DNA of 35,927 nucleotides, taken from positions 1 to 35,927 of IMG/VR virus record IMGVR_UViG_3300007863_000006, one strand, 5' to 3'. This stretch comes from a virus. Its lineage: Duplodnaviria; Caudoviricetes. Positions within the stretch are counted from its first letter, which is position 1. Each line of letters begins with the position of its first letter. The position numbers and the translations under genes were made by a program. This document shows positions 34,301 through 35,927 of this stretch, piece after piece. Under the pieces are notes generated by a model. That model was not told the origin of the DNA. It saw only the letters and a list, made by a program, of their open reading frames with translations, and did no database searches.

Positions 34301-35927
34301 TAGGTATCGGGACGACTAGTCCTAATGGTAAATTACATATAGATAAAGATAACGCTAACAGTTCTGTAATAATATCAAGGTCAGGTAATAATATAGCTGC
34401 TTCGACAGGTATAGGTAGTATTACATTTCCTGCGGAGTACAATTCATCATATACAGACTACGCTGCTATCCAAGCTTACTCAAATAACTTAAGCTCAGTG
34501 AGAGGTTCTTTAGATTTTAAAGTTAAATCTACAAGTGGAAATCTTTTAACTGGTATGACTGTTTATGGAACTATGTCAGGTCCAAACGTCGGGATCGGGA
34601 CGGCTAGTCCTACTACTACATTAGATATAAGGACAGATACAGGAGTACTAATAAAAGGAGCAACTTCAGCATCAAACGGTAAACTTAAGTTTATACCAGC
34701 TTCTGGTGGACGTCAATATAACTTTGAAAACGATAGCTCTAGTTTTAAAATAGTTGATGCGTCGGCGGGTTCTACTAGAATGTATTTTCATTATAATGGA
34801 AACTTAGGTATTGGGACGACTTTGCCTTCAAATCAATTACACGTGCATACAGACACCGATAATTCCTATGGAATAAGAATAGAAGGTAGCACTAATAACG
34901 CCGCGGGTGTTTGGACTGGTTTAGGTATTGGAGGAGAAAGTTCTAACACTAAATCGGCTGTTTTATTTGTAGATGCAGGATTAAGTTACGCTAGAGGAAA
35001 ACTTCATTTATGCGTAAACAATGCTCAAGATCAAACTAGCGCAACCCCAGCAGACGCTAAATTAACAGTAAGTAATGACGGTAACGTCGGGATTGGTACA
35101 ACTACACCCCTTACTAAGTTAGAAATTAAGGGTACTGCTTCAACAAGAAACGCTCTGTCTAACATACTTACTATAAATGGGGGTGAGAACGTAAGTAATC
35201 CTTATGACGGCTTTGGCGTAGGCACAGTATTTAGAGGTAGAGATTACAGTAATGCGCTTAGAGATTATGCGTATATTTATGGAGTTATACAAAATCAAAC
35301 GTCTTCTAGTACACCCGCTGGAGACCCTGGATTTAAAAGTCAATTACGTTTTTATACTAATACTGGAGGGGCTTCTGCAACTTTGCCCACACAAAAGATG
35401 GTTATTACCTCTGACGGCGACGTAGGGATCGGGACGACTAATCCTGCGGCTAAGTTAGATATAGCATTAACCACTGGACCTCAACTAAGATTAACAAGAA
35501 ATGCTGGAACAGAGTACACAACACTATACTCAGACAGTGCTGGTGGACTAGTAATTTCTTCATACTCTAGTGGCACATCTAATTATCAAATATTTAGTAT
35601 AAACTCAAGTGAAAAAGTAAGAATAATTAACAATGGCAACGTCGGGATCGGAACGACTGTTCCTGGAGAAAAACTTCACGTTGTTGGTAACGTTTTTTTA
35701 AATGCGAATAGTGCTTTTAAAGCAAGTTACAATAATACTGATAATTATCACGGCAGTACGAGGTGGGCAGGTTTGCAGTTAGGAAACAATGGAGTAAATA
35801 AAATAGTTGCTGGTAGAACAAACACAGGAGGAAGATTCCAGTTTTATACAAACAATACTAATGATGCTGCAGATTATACCGTAACACCAGATGGTATAAT
35901 GACTATGACTATGACTGAAACTGGCAA
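30610..35927 (+). CDS. Giant tail fibre 2, N-terminal part; full gene 30610..35804 plus 1..2083, 2,425 aa (missing from the ORF track)
   Basis: Manual translation from ATG 30610 (MSKKYTTNFLEDTNGSTGASNQVL...) found no stop to the window end. It joins in frame to the ORF ending at 2083. Confidence 0.93.
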   Translation, partial: MSKKYTTNFLEDTNGSTGASNQVLISTPSGIDWVDGSGSSIIGGPYLPLTAGSTKPLTGTLYGTNTNWSGSGDYAGSMTLGTGASTAEAHLTIGQGRTDNGYSYIDLVGDATYTDFGLRIIRSNTGPNTTSGIYHRGTGNLEIQATDSASILLKTNNTLALTLGSNQNATFAGNVGIGAAPVGNPGTKFLAVGTAGSVAGGIQLWAANNQAHYLQFGDANSGGEVYRGGIGYNHLSETLLFLQNSSTALSFTGSQVATFAGVIGVNGSTTANVPITATTTSGYEDVAYFKSLGTNIDARINLIPTGTGDGVVNSTANGLILQASGVDRVNITNAGNVGIGTTSPVGKLNVALPADSTGNVASWSSNQVVFTRGGTSTSQGLGFSVHDVNNTATISSLTPAVTWSDLNYRAKNHAFYSNGAILGIYQNISGNVGIGTTSPSAKLEVAGGADSIVKVLGTTTAARLDLQTNSYHKFIQTIESNGRFRLYNQTTSSEQLTVLNNGNVGIGTATPSQKLEVNGIARAEAVNVYGAGDSSSTSPQIYSPSTGAFAISGNGSERMRITSAGNVGIGTTSPSQKLNVNGSIGLPYTGYLLSTTDVGNKIELHNGSGIMNFYTNASPRLSIAYATGNVGIGTTGPVSLLHIKGADPVFTIQDSSTGTAQASSTLRLGESGSGGVLDVYWDIKQASDAANTHLEINHSTSGNALTILDNKNVGIGTDSPATKLQVNSGSVTASAQFTGTSSNSEVFIGTSGVQSGYVNLVFYSNSGNAQIWKSGTGYSGYGGTSALNIYNSNGKIAFHPAGNANAMLIDTNSNVGIGTTGPATKLEVSSSLTSGIKVTNSGTINGEAGIEAYHTGAQAGTAYAGYITKTGAGGTNVGIYTAASGATNNYGLIVGSGNVGIGDTTPTSKLTILGTSTAASNTPSDAIVDIHGTSTAHLLMGVANVSPYGAWINTDATGQPLILQGVGGNVGIGATSPDGNLEVVTSAIVSGASDTVNNVLIGLQAANRPTIILDTADTTYTNRTWNITNVGSAGKLFIGRNGLDVMVMDNSGNVGIGTASPAVKLQVANAGEVIVRSSMTAADGYRGGFEADNQHTGGTIWSMFSTNDSDGYFGGGKYVIANESMGGVDANTTAKFVIDGSGKVGIGTTSPAVKLHVVDTTTLVGAFVSNNTTRTELAIDNTSTNNVRLGLKATPSGAIIDSTNHYGSNVQPLIFQLSASEKMRITSGGNVGIGTTSPNGKLHIDKDNANSSVIISRSGNNIAASTGIGSITFPAEYNSSYTDYAAIQAYSNNLSSVRGSLDFKVKSTSGNLLTGMTVYGTMSGPNVGIGTASPTTTLDIRTDTGVLIKGATSASNGKLKFIPASGGRQYNFENDSSSFKIVDASAGSTRMYFHYNGNLGIGTTLPSNQLHVHTDTDNSYGIRIEGSTNNAAGVWTGLGIGGESSNTKSAVLFVDAGLSYARGKLHLCVNNAQDQTSATPADAKLTVSNDGNVGIGTTTPLTKLEIKGTASTRNALSNILTINGGENVSNPYDGFGVGTVFRGRDYSNALRDYAYIYGVIQNQTSSSTPAGDPGFKSQLRFYTNTGGASATLPTQKMVITSDGDVGIGTTNPAAKLDIALTTGPQLRLTRNAGTEYTTLYSDSAGGLVISSYSSGTSNYQIFSINSSEKVRIINNGNVGIGTTVPGEKLHVVGNVFLNANSAFKASYNNTDNYHGSTRWAGLQLGNNGVNKIVAGRTNTGGRFQFYTNNTNDAADYTVTPDGIMTMTMTETG
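31612..35927 (+). repeat. Linker copies 1-17 of the in-frame 30-bp repeat array (starts 31612, 31897, 32113, 32302, 32491, 32740, 33046, 33298, 33511, 33763, 34033, 34294, 34582, 34798, 35080, 35416, 35635; copy 18 starts at 35923)
   Basis: Consensus GGCAACGTCGGGATCGGGACGACTAGTCCT, with a period of 189-336 bp that is always a multiple of 3. Confidence 0.95.
35805..35927. repeat. Terminal direct repeat, right copy
   Basis: Identical to 1..123. Confidence 0.97.

Noticed and set aside
649-35343. Minus-strand ORFs in the track (for example 649..948, 4668..5279, 12725..13084, 33483..33767) and alternate-frame plus ORFs (10445 is minus; 30080, 32162 are plus)
   Set aside because: They are shadows of strong plus-strand genes. 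The recurring GLVVPIPTLP is just the antisense reading of the linker, and none has a recognisable motif.
31612-35927. CRISPR array interpretation of the 30-bp repeats
   Set aside because: The spacers are 159-306 bp, variable, always frame-preserving and protein-coding. The repeats are degenerate and no cas genes are present.
30610-35927. Invertase shufflon (Gin/Rci type)
   Set aside because: All linkers are in direct orientation, there are no inverted silent cassettes, and no serine or tyrosine recombinase was recognised.
1-35927. Stop-codon reassignment or tRNA genes
   Set aside because: Genes tile densely under the standard code, with TAA, TAG and TGA all used as stops. No tRNA-like sequence was seen in the short intergenic gaps.

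Overview
The window is an apparently complete, circularly permuted, AT-rich genome of a tailed siphovirus-like phage. The last 123 bp repeat the first 123 bp, giving a unit length of 35,804 bp. The host is probably a Bacteroidota/Flavobacteriia bacterium, inferred from TAnnTTTG -7 promoter boxes and A-rich, Shine-Dalgarno-free starts. All credible genes are on the + strand, in this order: recombination/replication (SSAP, SSB, RecE-like exonuclease, DnaA-C-like HTH, VRR-NUC, initiator with iterons, T7 gp4/Twinkle-like primase-helicase), terminase, HK97-type head, a moron of micro-ORFs plus a free-standing PD-(D/E)XK endonuclease, neck genes, an envelope/lysis cluster with a probable outer-membrane beta-barrel, two tail-fibre genes, two tail-tube paralogs, a tail chaperone with a -1 frameshift, tape measure and tail tip. 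No integrase, DNA polymerase, reverse transcriptase or cas gene was recognised. The ORF track misses most of the largest gene, a 2,425-aa tail fibre that runs from 30610 across the junction to 2083. This gene is an in-frame repeat-spacer array of 22 copies of a 30-bp GC-rich linker (consensus GGCAACGTCGGGATCGGGACGACTAGTCCT, encoding GNVGIGTTSP) separating largely unrelated 159-306 bp modules. The linker is conserved at synonymous positions using otherwise uncommon codons, whereas the neighbouring fibre gene encodes the same peptide with ordinary AT-rich codons. This suggests a DNA-level cassette-shuffling system for receptor-binding modules. All product calls come from motif recognition by eye, without database searches.
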